64,000 nucleotides of DNA from an uncultured bacterium (GCA_964554125.1 CAZKNG010000004.1:672-64671); one strand, 5' to 3'; shown: positions 30,047 through 40,149, counted from the first letter of the stretch. Numbers and translations: made by a program. Notes: generated by a model not told the origin, from the sequence alone.

Positions 30047-31407
30047 GGGTTATACCTCTTCATAGCTTCTACCATTAGAATTGCTCCGTCAATTGAGCGG
30101 GCCACGGGGACATTGTTAAGCTGGAATCCTTCGATGATCATTCGGTATCTCTCGACATGAGGGACATAGGCGACGATCGGTTTGCTGATTTCCTGATAAA
30201 GCTGGCTGAGCCGGGCTCCCACATCGGTTGTAACTTCCGGAAGATACGGCAGGAGGAGCACAAGAATGCAGTCAATCTCCTTAAGCTTGCCTAATTCTGA
30301 AGCCGCGGTCACAAAATCATCGTCACGGGCGCTCCCTGTCAGGTCGAGGGGATTCCCCAGTGAAGCAATGGGCTGAATGCTGGAAGAAAGTTTCTTCCTG
30401 ATATGATTCTGGGTTTTTTCAGGTAAGGGCGGTACCTCCAGTCCTGATATATCACATCTGTCCACGGCTACAGCGCCGTGACCGCCGCTGGCGGTGACAA
30501 TACCCACTTTTCCCGATATCGATTCCGGGTAGCAGCTCAATGACTCACAGAAGGAGATCATTTCATATTCATCTCTTGCTTCCACCATCCCGAACTGCTT
30601 CGTAACAGAGGAGAATACATTGTAATCCCCCGCGATTGAAGCTGTGTGGCTCGAGACTGCTCTGCTTCCCGCCGCGCTCTGTCCGCCCTTCATTATTATT
30701 ACAGGTTTTGGAAACCTGCTGGCTGTCTGCACAAACTCGCGGCCTTCACCCGGGCCGAACCCTTCTATATAGAATGCAATAACATCGGTCATGTCATCTC
30801 TGGCAAAGAAGGTAAGCAGGTCCAGCTCATTCACAACAGCTTTGTTTCCAATACTTACGGCTCGTGAAAGCCCTACCCCCTGTCCTGCGAATTTAACCAT
30901 CTGATCGACGAGAATACCGCCGCTCTGACTGACCAGCGCTACATTACCCGATTCCGGTTTTACCATTCTTTCGCTGGGTAGGAAGAAGGAGTCAACAGAA
31001 CCCGGCGAATATATTCCGAGACAGTTGGGGCCTATTATTGGAAAGTCAGCTTCTTCGACAGCTTCAAGGAGTTTCTTTTTCAAATCTCCGCGGCCGGCTT
31101 CGGCAAAACCGCCTGAGATAACAGCCGCGCTGCCGACCCAGCGCTCGATGCAGTCGCTCAAAACAGCCGGTACGTACTCAGCCCGGATTGCTATGATCAC
31201 CAGGTCGATTTTCTCGGGGATATCCTTTATGCTCTTATAAATTTTTTCCTTGTAATATACTCCGCCTTTGGGGTTTACGGCATAGACCTTCACGGGATAG
31301 CGGAAGTAGTTTTTATTGTAGATCACATTCGCCGGGTGGCGGTCGTTTGTCAGGGAAACCCCGACCACCGCTATTGTTTTGGGTTCAAACAGTCTCAGGA
31401 AATCCAA
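30040..31407 (-). CDS. Acetate--CoA ligase [ADP-forming] alpha part (CoA-binding + succinyl-CoA synthetase-like flavodoxin domain)
   Basis: N-terminal CoA-binding block (PKTIAVVGVS...). Conserved GGHGAV His-phosphorylation loop. Confidence 0.7.
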   Translation of the reverse strand: MDFLRLFEPKTIAVVGVSLTNDRHPANVIYNKNYFRYPVKVYAVNPKGGVYYKEKIYKSIKDIPEKIDLVIIAIRAEYVPAVLSDCIERWVGSAAVISGGFAEAGRGDLKKKLLEAVEEADFPIIGPNCLGIYSPGSVDSFFLPSERMVKPESGNVALVSQSGGILVDQMVKFAGQGVGLSRAVSIGNKAVVNELDLLTFFARDDMTDVIAFYIEGFGPGEGREFVQTASRFPKPVIIMKGGQSAAGSRAVSSHTASIAGDYNVFSSVTKQFGMVEARDEYEMISFCESLSCYPESISGKVGIVTASGGHGAVAVDRCDISGLEVPPLPEKTQNHIRKKLSSSIQPIASLGNPLDLTGSARDDDFVTAASELGKLKEIDCILVLLLPYLPEVTTDVGARLSQLYQEISKPIVAYVPHVERYRMIIEGFQLNNVPVARSIDGAILMVEAMKRYNPW

Positions 31408-31999
31408 TTGCTCTCCTATGGATAAAAGATATTTATTATTTTACATCCTGATATATACAACATCTTCTGTCAAGCGGATACCGTTTTTAAGATTATTATC
31501 AAAATTTATTCATTGAATTCAACACAAATTTTTTGAAGTAAATTTATAATTACTTCAGGCGGGAATAAATACGAAATAGTATCTACACTTTTTCTTTTCC
31601 TTTTTTAAGGCTCGGAGTTCCAGGCGGAGAAAGCTGTATATATTATTGAAGCAGGGGCCAATATAAGTTTATTCCGGAAGATAGCCGCTTGTGGCATCTT
31701 CCGGATGCTTATAAGCGAAATGGGAAGCAAATAACACGGCGGTGATAGATATTATTGTATTTATTGTCTTGTTAGAGTTGGCATTTAACATTAGCATGGA
31801 GAAACCGGGGATAGATGCCGGCAATAAGCGCTATATCCGGACGGATATAGCCCGGCAACACACTATATCCAGCTGTTTCTGTTTTCCGCTTTCGGAATAC
31901 CGTTTTCCGGTGTATCGGCGGGGAGCAGGAAGCCCGGTTCTTTCAATGCCGGTTCTGAGAGATGAACCCTGTGGGTTGTTAATGAAAAGGAGTTGAATC

Positions 32000-33664
32000 A
32001 TGTTTACCAGACGGATTGCTTGTTACGCGGTAATAGCGGTTGTTGCTGCTGTTCTTCTCTGCGCTTTATCCTGCGGGAGGGAAGATCAGGGGGAAATCGA
32101 AAGGGCCGATGTGGAAAGGGCGGGGAAGTTAACAGGACTTGAATTTACGGTTTCTGAGATAGATTCCATGCTGGAGGATTTAACCGCCAATCTCCATTCC
32201 TATCGTAAGTTCAGAGAGGCGCGGATATCAAACGCGGTCCCGCCCGCGCTGCTCTTTAACCCTGTTCCGGCAGGAGCGGAGTTTGAAGGGAAGGAAAGCG
32301 GCTTGAAATTCAGCCCCGCCGAAGATGTAGAGGTCCCGGAGGATCTCGAAAAACTCTCCTTCTGCTCAGTGCGCCAGCTGGCCGGATTGATACGAGAGCG
32401 CAGGATAACTTCAACAGAGCTTACCAGGATGTATATATCGAGATTGAAGCGGTACGGCCCGGAGCTTAAATGTGTTATCACACTGACAGAAGAGCTGGCT
32501 TTAAAGCAGGCCGGGCGGGCTGACCGCGAGATAGCGGAAGGCAATTACCGGGGGGTTCTTCACGGTATTCCTTACGGAGTCAAAGATCTTTTTTCTGTGA
32601 AGGGGTATAAAACTACCTGGGGAGCTATGCCCTACAGGGATCAGGTGATAGATGAGAATGCCGCAGTTATAGATAAGCTTAATAAAGCGGGAGCTGTCCT
32701 GGTCGCGAAACTTACCCTGGGCGCCCTCGCCTGGGGAGATGTGTGGTACGGCGGGAAGACGCTTAATCCCTGGAATCTGGAGGAAGGATCGAGCGGATCT
32801 TCCGCGGGCCCGGCTTCGGCCGCGGCCGCAGGACTTGTCGCGTTTTCAATAGGAACGGAGACGTGGGGGTCTATAGTATCACCCTCGACGCGATGCGGTG
32901 TAACAGGGCTGCGCCCCACATTCGGAAGGGTCAGCCGCTCCGGGGCGATGGCGCTGAGCTGGTCGATGGATAAGATAGGCCCGATATGCAGATATGTCGA
33001 AGACTGCGCTGTCGTTTTCGACGCCATTCGCGGCCCGGCCGGAAATGACGCTGCGGCGGTCGATCTTCCCTTCAATTACAATTATGATATCGATCTTGAG
33101 GATATGAGGATAGGATATCTTAAAGGGCTCTTCGAAAGTGATTACCGGCAGAAGGAAACAGATGCCGCCGCATTGAGAAAGATGCGTGAGCTCGGCGCCG
33201 AATTGATACCGGTGGAACTGCCGGATTTTCCGGTAGAGAGCATGTCTTTTATTCTGAATGCCGAAGCCGCCGCCGCTTTCGACCGGCTTACCCGCTCCGG
33301 AGAGGACGACATGATGGTAAGACAGGGCAGAAACGCGTGGCCCAATGTGTTCAGAGCCTCGCGGCTGATCCCCGCGGTTGAATATATCCGGGCGAACCGC
33401 GTGCGGTATAAGCTCATTCAGGAGATGGAAGATATGGATGTGGATCTGTATCTCGCGCCTTCTTTCGGCGGGAATAACCTTCTTCTCACTAATCTGACCG
33501 GGCATCCGTGCGTGGTGGTCCCTAACGGCTTTGACAGCGGTGGAGATCCGGTCAGCATAAGTTTTATAGGCAAACTCTTCGAAGAGGGTAAACTTATGGC
33601 AGTGGCAAAGAAGTATCAGGACGCGGCGGGGTTCAAAGATAAGCATCCTCCTCTCTTTCGCTGA
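32000..33664 (+). CDS. Amidase-signature family amidase, lipoprotein signal
   Basis: Lipobox LSC. Amidase-signature Gly/Ser-rich block (GGSSGSSAGPASAAAAG...GTETWGSI). Confidence 0.75.
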   Translation: MFTRRIACYAVIAVVAAVLLCALSCGREDQGEIERADVERAGKLTGLEFTVSEIDSMLEDLTANLHSYRKFREARISNAVPPALLFNPVPAGAEFEGKESGLKFSPAEDVEVPEDLEKLSFCSVRQLAGLIRERRITSTELTRMYISRLKRYGPELKCVITLTEELALKQAGRADREIAEGNYRGVLHGIPYGVKDLFSVKGYKTTWGAMPYRDQVIDENAAVIDKLNKAGAVLVAKLTLGALAWGDVWYGGKTLNPWNLEEGSSGSSAGPASAAAAGLVAFSIGTETWGSIVSPSTRCGVTGLRPTFGRVSRSGAMALSWSMDKIGPICRYVEDCAVVFDAIRGPAGNDAAAVDLPFNYNYDIDLEDMRIGYLKGLFESDYRQKETDAAALRKMRELGAELIPVELPDFPVESMSFILNAEAAAAFDRLTRSGEDDMMVRQGRNAWPNVFRASRLIPAVEYIRANRVRYKLIQEMEDMDVDLYLAPSFGGNNLLLTNLTGHPCVVVPNGFDSGGDPVSISFIGKLFEEGKLMAVAKKYQDAAGFKDKHPPLFR

Positions 33665-33788
33665 GGCTTTTTTGCAAAACACGGCGGAAAAGCGATTAAT
33701 ACTTTTAAAAGCAGGCGTAAAATCTTATTATTTCATAGTTGACTTATAAGACCTTTTGCCGCGGCGGGTTTTCCCGGCCGGAGAAGCT

Positions 33789-34130
33789 ATGAGAATACTT
33801 AGAAAGCCTGTAAAGATAGATGAATTGAAAAAAATCGCCGCGGATACATTCGGTGATATGGTCAAGGCTGTCGTCGATGTACGTCTGGGGCTTATCGTGA
33901 TTGACGCCGAACTGCATTCTGATCAGGAAGCGTTGCTGATAGCAAACGGTTCCGGTCAGAAAGATCTGTGGGGTATAAATTTCTACCCTTACCTGGAAGG
34001 CGATGATTTTGTCGAATTCGATTCTATGATCAACATGCGTCCTTCCGGGGGGAACATGAGCCGAGGAGTGGATGATCCTTCGGTACGAAAAGCGATTCTC
34101 AAAATAGTAGACAGATGGGTAAAGAGATGA
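33789..34130 (+). CDS. Small conserved hypothetical protein (DUF-type, ~113 aa)
   Basis: No motif recognised. Its 3' end overlaps the next ORF by 4-16 nt. Confidence 0.4.
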   Translation: MRILRKPVKIDELKKIAADTFGDMVKAVVDVRLGLIVIDAELHSDQEALLIANGSGQKDLWGINFYPYLEGDDFVEFDSMINMRPSGGNMSRGVDDPSVRKAILKIVDRWVKR

Positions 34131-34453
34131 ATTACCGGCATAAAGACCTTGCTTCGGGAAGATGGCGGGAATTATCTCTTTCTACGCAGTTGGCCAATAT
34201 CGGCAGTGAAGTCAGCCGCGCGCTCAACTGGCGGAAGAAGGAGAATGGGGAATACTCCAGGCGGGCCGCCGCGAGAGCCCTTGAACTGCTTGATTTGAGT
34301 CTCGGTTCCACCAGGTCGTTTCCGAGGCTCAAGGAGCTGGCCCGTCTGCGCGAAGCCGTAGTTGATTACTTCTACGGGACCAACCAGTTCTCATCCTCTG
34401 AAGAGTTGTGGAGGAAATACTTTGACCATTTTAATTTCGCCGCGCGGAAATAA
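34127..34453 (+). CDS. Small hypothetical protein (~108 aa), Arg-rich, helical
   Basis: Translationally coupled to the upstream small ORF. Sits directly upstream of umuD. Confidence 0.35.
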   Translation: MNYRHKDLASGRWRELSLSTQLANIGSEVSRALNWRKKENGEYSRRAAARALELLDLSLGSTRSFPRLKELARLREAVVDYFYGTNQFSSSEELWRKYFDHFNFAARK

Positions 34454-34495
34454 AACGGACACGCAATCGGTCAATACCGGGATCGGAGACACACT

Positions 34496-34948
34496 GTGAT
34501 AAAGATGAAGAGAATAAAGACGACGCCGAAGATAGATTTTTACACGGCTGATATATCTTCCGAGATGCAGCTTCCTTATGTCGACAGCGGTATAGCCGCG
34601 GGATTTCCGTCTCCCGCTGAAGATTATATCGATCTGGCCCTCGATCTCAACAAAGAACTCGTAAGTAATCCAAGTTCCACATTTTACGGCCGGGTAAAAG
34701 GTTCCTCGATGAAAGACGCCGGCATTCATAACGGCGATATTCTCGTTATCGACAAATCCCTCGAGCCGGTAAACGGAAGAGTGGCCGTCTGTTTTATAGA
34801 CGGCGAATTTACCCTTAAGAGAATAAAATTCATCGGGGAAAGGCTTTTTCTCGTTCCCGATAATGAAGATTATGACCCGGTTGAGGTGACGCCGGAAAAC
34901 GATTTTATTGTCTGGGGTATAGTTACCTATATTATCAAGAAGATGTAG
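34496..34948 (+). CDS. umuD: Translesion polymerase V accessory subunit UmuD (LexA-like S24 peptidase)
   Basis: GFPSPAEDY cleavage region. S24 Ser/Lys dyad context (GSSM...LKRI). Confidence 0.8.
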   Translation: MIKMKRIKTTPKIDFYTADISSEMQLPYVDSGIAAGFPSPAEDYIDLALDLNKELVSNPSSTFYGRVKGSSMKDAGIHNGDILVIDKSLEPVNGRVAVCFIDGEFTLKRIKFIGERLFLVPDNEDYDPVEVTPENDFIVWGIVTYIIKKM

Positions 34949-34950
34949 CC

Positions 34951-36213
34951 ATGTTCGCCTTGGTTGACTGCAATAATTTCTACGCCTCCTGTGAGCGCGT
35001 CTTCAGGCCCGACTTGCGCGGCAGGCCGGTTGTGGTACTTTCCAATAATGACGGGTGTATTATCGCGCGTTCAAATGAGGCAAAGGCCCTCGGGATTGAG
35101 ATGGGACAGCCCTTTTTCGAGTCCGAGCATTTTCTCAGGGAAAAAGAGGTCGAGGTTTTTTCCTCCAACTACGCCCTCTACGGCGATATGTCCCGGCGGG
35201 TGATGAATATACTCGGCAGGTTTACCCCGCGGCTGGAAATCTACTCCATCGATGAAGCGTTTCTGGATCTCAGCGGATTTTCCCGCCGCGCTCTGTCCGC
35301 TTACGCGGATAGAATCCGCCGCGAGGTGGTAAAGAGTACGGGTATCCCGGTCAGTGTCGGCATCGGCGCGACCAAGACGCTGGCCAAAGCCGCGAGCCAT
35401 TTCGCCAAGAGAAACGCGGACTGCCGCGGAACACTGGTAATAGAGGGGCCGGAGGAAAGAGAGTTTTATCTCGGAAAACTTCCCGTGGGTGATATCTGGG
35501 GGATAGGCAGGCAGTACGGCAGAAAACTGCGCCGGTATAATGTCAGAAACGCCGGCGACTTCGCCCGGCTTCCCGGCGGTTGGGTAAAACGGGAAATGAC
35601 AGTTACGGGGCTGCGCGTACAAAGGGAACTGCGGGGAGAGCCGTGCATTCAGCTGGAAGAAGTTCCGGGTGCTAAGAAAGCTATATGCACCTCCCGTTCT
35701 TTCGGCACCATGCAGACCCGGCTGCAGAATATCGAGGAAGCGGTGGCGACATTCGCCCACAATTGCGCCGCCAAGCTCAGAAGTCAGCACTCGCGCGCGG
35801 ACACAGTCATTGTTTTTATTCATACTAACGCCTTCAGAGAGAGGGATCCGCAGTACGCCCGCAACCGGGTGCTTAAGCTTCCGGTGCCGTCAAACAGCAG
35901 TATGGAAATAGTAAGTTACGCTCTTGCCGGGCTCAGGAGCATATACAGAGAGGGTTACCGATACAAGAAAGCGGGTGTTATCACGGCCGGCATTGTTCCT
36001 GAAGGACAGACGCAGAGATCCCTGTTCGACAATGTTGACAGGGAGAAGCACAGTAAGGTCATGGATGCTTTTGACAGTGTCAATGACCGCTACGGGAGAG
36101 AGACGATAAAAATAGGCGCACAGGGAAGCGGCGGTGAATGGAAGCTTCGGCAGGAGAGACTTTCTCCCCGCTATACAACAAGCTGGCGTGATATTATAAC
36201 GGTAAAGGTCTGA
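34951..36213 (+). CDS. umuC: Y-family DNA polymerase UmuC
   Basis: MFALVDCNNFYASCE N-terminus. SIDEAFLD catalytic motif. Confidence 0.85.
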   Translation: MFALVDCNNFYASCERVFRPDLRGRPVVVLSNNDGCIIARSNEAKALGIEMGQPFFESEHFLREKEVEVFSSNYALYGDMSRRVMNILGRFTPRLEIYSIDEAFLDLSGFSRRALSAYADRIRREVVKSTGIPVSVGIGATKTLAKAASHFAKRNADCRGTLVIEGPEEREFYLGKLPVGDIWGIGRQYGRKLRRYNVRNAGDFARLPGGWVKREMTVTGLRVQRELRGEPCIQLEEVPGAKKAICTSRSFGTMQTRLQNIEEAVATFAHNCAAKLRSQHSRADTVIVFIHTNAFRERDPQYARNRVLKLPVPSNSSMEIVSYALAGLRSIYREGYRYKKAGVITAGIVPEGQTQRSLFDNVDREKHSKVMDAFDSVNDRYGRETIKIGAQGSGGEWKLRQERLSPRYTTSWRDIITVKV

Positions 36214-36217
36214 TTAT

Positions 36218-36952
36218 ATGTGTTTTAATTACGCTCTGAGTGTTGACGCACAGAAATTGAGGAACAGGTTTCAGGCCGATTTTGCCCCGGCTCGGGAGGC
36301 TGAATCGTTCGCGGGGGTTTATCACGCTAATGGATTTACCTTTCCCCGGATGCCGGTCGTTACAGGCGGAGATATCCACAGGATCCGGCTTATGAATTGG
36401 GGGCTGGTCCCTTACTGGGTAAAATCGGATGAAGACGCGCTGAAGCTGAGAAGGATGACTCTCAACGCGCGGAGTGAAACCGTCTTCGAGAAACCCTCTT
36501 TCCGCGGCAGCATAAGAGAAAAGCGGTGTCTCGTTCCCGCGGACGGATTCTTCGAATGGATGAGCGTCCGGGGGAAAAAGTATCCCCATTTTATCTATCT
36601 TGAAAGTGGTGATATTTTCTCGATGGCGGGTATCTGGTCTGAGTGGCGGGGCGGTGAAACAGGAGGGTTGTTACGCACCTACTCTATCCTTACAACCGCG
36701 GCAAACCCGTTTGTTGAAAAGATTCATAATATAAGGAAACGTATGCCTGTTATTCTGAGCAGGGATAAAGAGGGTGCCTGGCTTGACGGGGATCTGGGAG
36801 AGAAAGAGTTAAGAGAACTTATGGTGCCGTTTGAGGCCTCTCCTCTCGGGGCTCATCCGGTAAGCAAGCTGATAAATTCACGCCGCGGGGGGTCCGATAC
36901 TGAGCGCGTACAGAAGCCGTTCTACTATCCGGAACTGGACACCCTCTTTTAA
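36218..36952 (+). CDS. SOS-response-associated peptidase (SRAP / YedK, abasic-site crosslinking)
   Basis: Catalytic Cys2 (MCFNY). ARSET motif. Confidence 0.8.
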   Translation: MCFNYALSVDAQKLRNRFQADFAPAREAESFAGVYHANGFTFPRMPVVTGGDIHRIRLMNWGLVPYWVKSDEDALKLRRMTLNARSETVFEKPSFRGSIREKRCLVPADGFFEWMSVRGKKYPHFIYLESGDIFSMAGIWSEWRGGETGGLLRTYSILTTAANPFVEKIHNIRKRMPVILSRDKEGAWLDGDLGEKELRELMVPFEASPLGAHPVSKLINSRRGGSDTERVQKPFYYPELDTLF

Positions 36953-37093
36953 ACCCGAATCTGTTTTTCTGTTATTATCCTCGATGGAAAGATTTTTTTG
37001 TTTTATACCGCGGGAGTATTCCTTTACATTTCATAAGGAAGAAATTGTACTGATAGTATTCCGGCAACAAGGGATTAAGAAGCAGGGTATATT

Positions 37094-37849
37094 ATGGCTG
37101 TTTTAAAACTGAGATACGTAGGCGGTGATTCGTTTATACACCTTATGAACCCGGCCGCGAAGCTTTTGATCCTTTTCCTTGTCGTGCTGTCCGTTTTTAT
37201 GTACGGCCCGGCCGTAAATGCCGCGCTGGCCGCGCTTATTTTTCTTCTATACGCGGCAGGCGGAATCGGGATCAAGAGATACTTCTCCGGTTTAAAGCTC
37301 CTTCCGTTTTTTGTTGTTTTAATCGTAGCGGCTAATGTCATTTTCTTAAGGGACGGGCAATCCTTTTTAAGCCATGCCGCCGGGGGGCTTCTGCAGGGGC
37401 TTAAGGTTCTGGTTCTTATCACTTCAGCCGGGTTCTTCCTAGCGGTAACAGATCCGGTGGACCTTTCAGATTCGATTGTGTCCGTTCTGAAACCTCTCGA
37501 GAGTATCGGGCTGAGAAGAGAGGATATTTCACTCTTTCTTATGATTGTTTTCAGCTTCCTCCCTCACATCACAGAGGAGGCGGAAAGAATCAAAACCGCG
37601 CGCTTGGTGAGGTGCGGGCGCGGAAGCTGGCTGTCCGGAAAGAGAGGCGGAGTCGTTCCCTTTCTCGCGCCCCTTATAGCATCTCTTCTGAGGAGGGCCG
37701 GCGAGCTTGAACTGGCTCTCAGAGCCAGGCAGTACGGAACGGGAAGCGGGAGGATCCTCAATCAGAAACAGAGAATGTCGGCGGGGGATATATCGGTTAT
37801 TATTATAGCGGTTCTGTTGTTTTCGGCGGGGTTGTATGCGAAATATTAA
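37094..37849 (+). CDS. ecfT: ECF transporter transmembrane (T) component EcfT/CbiQ
   Basis: Five to six TM helices. CbiQ-like size and Arg-rich coupling helices. Confidence 0.55.
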   Translation: MAVLKLRYVGGDSFIHLMNPAAKLLILFLVVLSVFMYGPAVNAALAALIFLLYAAGGIGIKRYFSGLKLLPFFVVLIVAANVIFLRDGQSFLSHAAGGLLQGLKVLVLITSAGFFLAVTDPVDLSDSIVSVLKPLESIGLRREDISLFLMIVFSFLPHITEEAERIKTARLVRCGRGSWLSGKRGGVVPFLAPLIASLLRRAGELELALRARQYGTGSGRILNQKQRMSAGDISVIIIAVLLFSAGLYAKY

Positions 37850-38567
37850 ATTGACAATAGAGTATGACGGAAGCGCTTTCTCCGGCTGGCAGATTCAACC
37901 TTCTGCGAGGACGGTGCAGGGTGAGATTGAGCGCGCGGTCACAAAACTTACCGGAAGCGCGGTAAGGGTTACAGGCGCGGGCAGAACAGACGCGGGGGTG
38001 CACGCTGCCGGGCAGGCGGCGAATTTTCATACTGAATCTGATCATTCCGCGGCAACGATAAAGAGGGCTCTGAACAACATCCTCCCCTCCGATATTTTAA
38101 TAAGAGATACACGGGAGGTGCCTCTGTCGTTTCATTCCCGCTATGACGCTAAGTATAAAACCTATAATTATATATTTATTACGAAAAAAACCGCCCTGTG
38201 GAGAAGGTCTTATCTGCAGGTAAGAGAGGGTCTTGATATAGATGCTATGAGCCGCGCTCTGTCGCGTATAAAGGGAAAAAAAGATTTTGCTTCATTCGCC
38301 TCATCATCCGGCGTAAAAACAACAGAATGCCGGATAATCTCAGCGGAACTCAAACGGAGAGATCCGCTTCTTATAATTTCATTAACGGCGGACAGGTTTC
38401 TGTACAATATGGTGCGTACTATAGCGGGGACAGTTCTCGAGGCGGGAAGGGGGAAGGATTATGATATCGACGGGATTATTGCCGCCCGCGACAGGTCCCG
38501 CGCTGGGCCTAACCTGCCTCCTTACGCTCTGTACCTGATCGAGGTCGGGTATGACCTTCCGGGCTGA
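37836..38567 (+). CDS. truA: tRNA pseudouridine(38-40) synthase TruA
   Basis: IEYDGSAFSGWQ N-terminus. Catalytic Asp context (GAGRTDAGVHA). Confidence 0.85.
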   Translation: MRNIKLTIEYDGSAFSGWQIQPSARTVQGEIERAVTKLTGSAVRVTGAGRTDAGVHAAGQAANFHTESDHSAATIKRALNNILPSDILIRDTREVPLSFHSRYDAKYKTYNYIFITKKTALWRRSYLQVREGLDIDAMSRALSRIKGKKDFASFASSSGVKTTECRIISAELKRRDPLLIISLTADRFLYNMVRTIAGTVLEAGRGKDYDIDGIIAARDRSRAGPNLPPYALYLIEVGYDLPG

Positions 38568-38714
38568 TGACCGCGGGCGGGAAGGGGTAATTCTTTTATC
38601 GTTATACGCTCTGTCGCCAACACCAGGATTTGAGTGGTTCATACCATTCCTGTTCATCAAACGTTTGGTTAGCCATCTGACCAGAGAAGAACCGTATGTG
38701 AAGGAGGTAACGTA

Positions 38715-38903
38715 TTGATGAAAGCTATAGTTACCAATCACTATGGGGGGGTTGAAGTTTTGCAGCCTCAAAAGGTAGAAAGACCTGTTATCAAAGATAA
38801 CGAGATATTGGTACAGATTCACGCCTGCTCGGTAAATCCCATTGATTGGAAAGTTAGAAAAGGGGATTTTTGGGTCTCTATACGTCCAGCAATTCCGTTG
38901 TGA
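38715..38903 (+). pseudogene. N-terminal remnant of a zinc-type alcohol dehydrogenase / quinone oxidoreductase
   Basis: 62 aa. Matches only the GroES-like N-terminus of MDR-family dehydrogenases (MKAIVTNHYGG..LQ.....P.I.DNEILV.I.A.SVNPIDWK). It is truncated and overlaps the convergent AKR gene. Confidence 0.5.
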
Positions 38904-40149
38904 TCTTATCGAACCGGCTCAATATATCAATGTGTTGTGTACAGACTTCTTCACATTTACCACATTGAATACATTTGGCGATCTCAGTTTTGAAATCGAT
39001 ACCCTCAGTGCCTTTGTACCAGCGAGCCCATGCCTGAAACCGTTTCTTACCCTGCATGATGTAGGAGTTGTAAGCCCTCATTATGGCATCGATAGCGATA
39101 TTTTCAGGACATTTATTGGTGCAATACTGACAGGTGGTACAGATGCCTTCCAGACCTTTCAGATATTGTTTTTTCAGACCACTCAGTTGTTCCGGTTTGA
39201 ATATTTTCAGGTAATTAATGGTTTTGATATTTTCCACAATATATTCTTCTTTTTCCATGCCGGACAGGGCCACTGTAATTTCCGGTTGTCCCATAACAAA
39301 GGCCAGCGCGGTTTGCACCAGGGACATATCCGTGTTTGATTTTTGCAGACGTTGTTTAAAATAGTCTTTATTCCTGGGGATCAGACCGCCGGCCAGAGGA
39401 TTCATCACGAGAACGCCCATATTTTTTTCTGCCGCCCGTTTGATCGCCTTTTCCTGGCGGGGAAAGTTAGTAATATTGTAGCCGATTAGCACACCTTCAA
39501 AAACATCGTCATTTATGATCTGAATATTTTCGTCACCGGAAGCATGGGTTGAGTAGATAATGTGGTCGATGAGTCCTTCTTTTTTGGCCTGCAAAGCGCC
39601 TTCGTAAGGACCGCCCTTTTTCATGACTTCCTTGTAATGATCCATATTCATAATGGCCCACATGTGATAGAGGGGAACACTTTCCTTATCCATGCGTTTC
39701 AAAGAGGTGTCTATTCTGCGCCGTACATCATCGGCAGTTTTATCATCAAGGTAAAGGCCACTTTTGGTGCCCCAGTAATAGGGGAGGGGGTTTTTCACAC
39801 CTTTATTTTTCCGGTCTATTTCTTTGAGGGCCAGTCCCAGGAACTCCTCACTTTTGTCCTTCACGTATTCCGGTCCTGTTTCAAAATAGTTAATGCCATA
39901 ATCGTAAGCTTTTGTAATCAACTTGACCGCTTCTTCGGGATCGCCTTCATTGTATGGATAGCGGGAGCCACCCATGGAAAGAATTGACAGGTTCATATTG
40001 GTTTTTCCAAACCGGCGGTAAATCATTTCCGGCACAGTCTGATTGATTTCTCCTGCCACCAGTTCCAAGGGCTCCAGAATGGTATCCAGCCACAAGGCTA
40101 CAGATGAAGCAACACCCAGTTTTAAAAAATCACGACGATTTAATGACAT
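38878..40149 (-). CDS. Aldo/keto reductase fused to C-terminal 2x[4Fe-4S] ferredoxin domain, with twin-arginine (Tat) signal
   Basis: N-terminus SLNRRDFLKLG. AKR core. C-terminal CxxCxxC..CP and CIQCGKCEEVC clusters. Confidence 0.65.
   Translation of the reverse strand: MSLNRRDFLKLGVASSVALWLDTILEPLELVAGEINQTVPEMIYRRFGKTNMNLSILSMGGSRYPYNEGDPEEAVKLITKAYDYGINYFETGPEYVKDKSEEFLGLALKEIDRKNKGVKNPLPYYWGTKSGLYLDDKTADDVRRRIDTSLKRMDKESVPLYHMWAIMNMDHYKEVMKKGGPYEGALQAKKEGLIDHIIYSTHASGDENIQIINDDVFEGVLIGYNITNFPRQEKAIKRAAEKNMGVLVMNPLAGGLIPRNKDYFKQRLQKSNTDMSLVQTALAFVMGQPEITVALSGMEKEEYIVENIKTINYLKIFKPEQLSGLKKQYLKGLEGICTTCQYCTNKCPENIAIDAIMRAYNSYIMQGKKRFQAWARWYKGTEGIDFKTEIAKCIQCGKCEEVCTQHIDILSRFDKITTELLDV

Noticed and set aside
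32879-33682. 267-aa minus-strand ORF inside the amidase gene, plus the similar 35071..35823 ORF inside umuC and 61180..61734 inside pyrG
   Set aside because: They are antisense to confidently identified genes. They are Arg/Pro-rich GC-frame artefacts.
34454-34495. LexA/SOS box upstream of umuD
   Set aside because: I found no CTGT-N8-ACAG or GAAC-N4-GTTC match here or upstream of the two small genes (33665-33788). A CTTTTAAAAG palindrome at 33702-33711 is AT-only and is probably chance.
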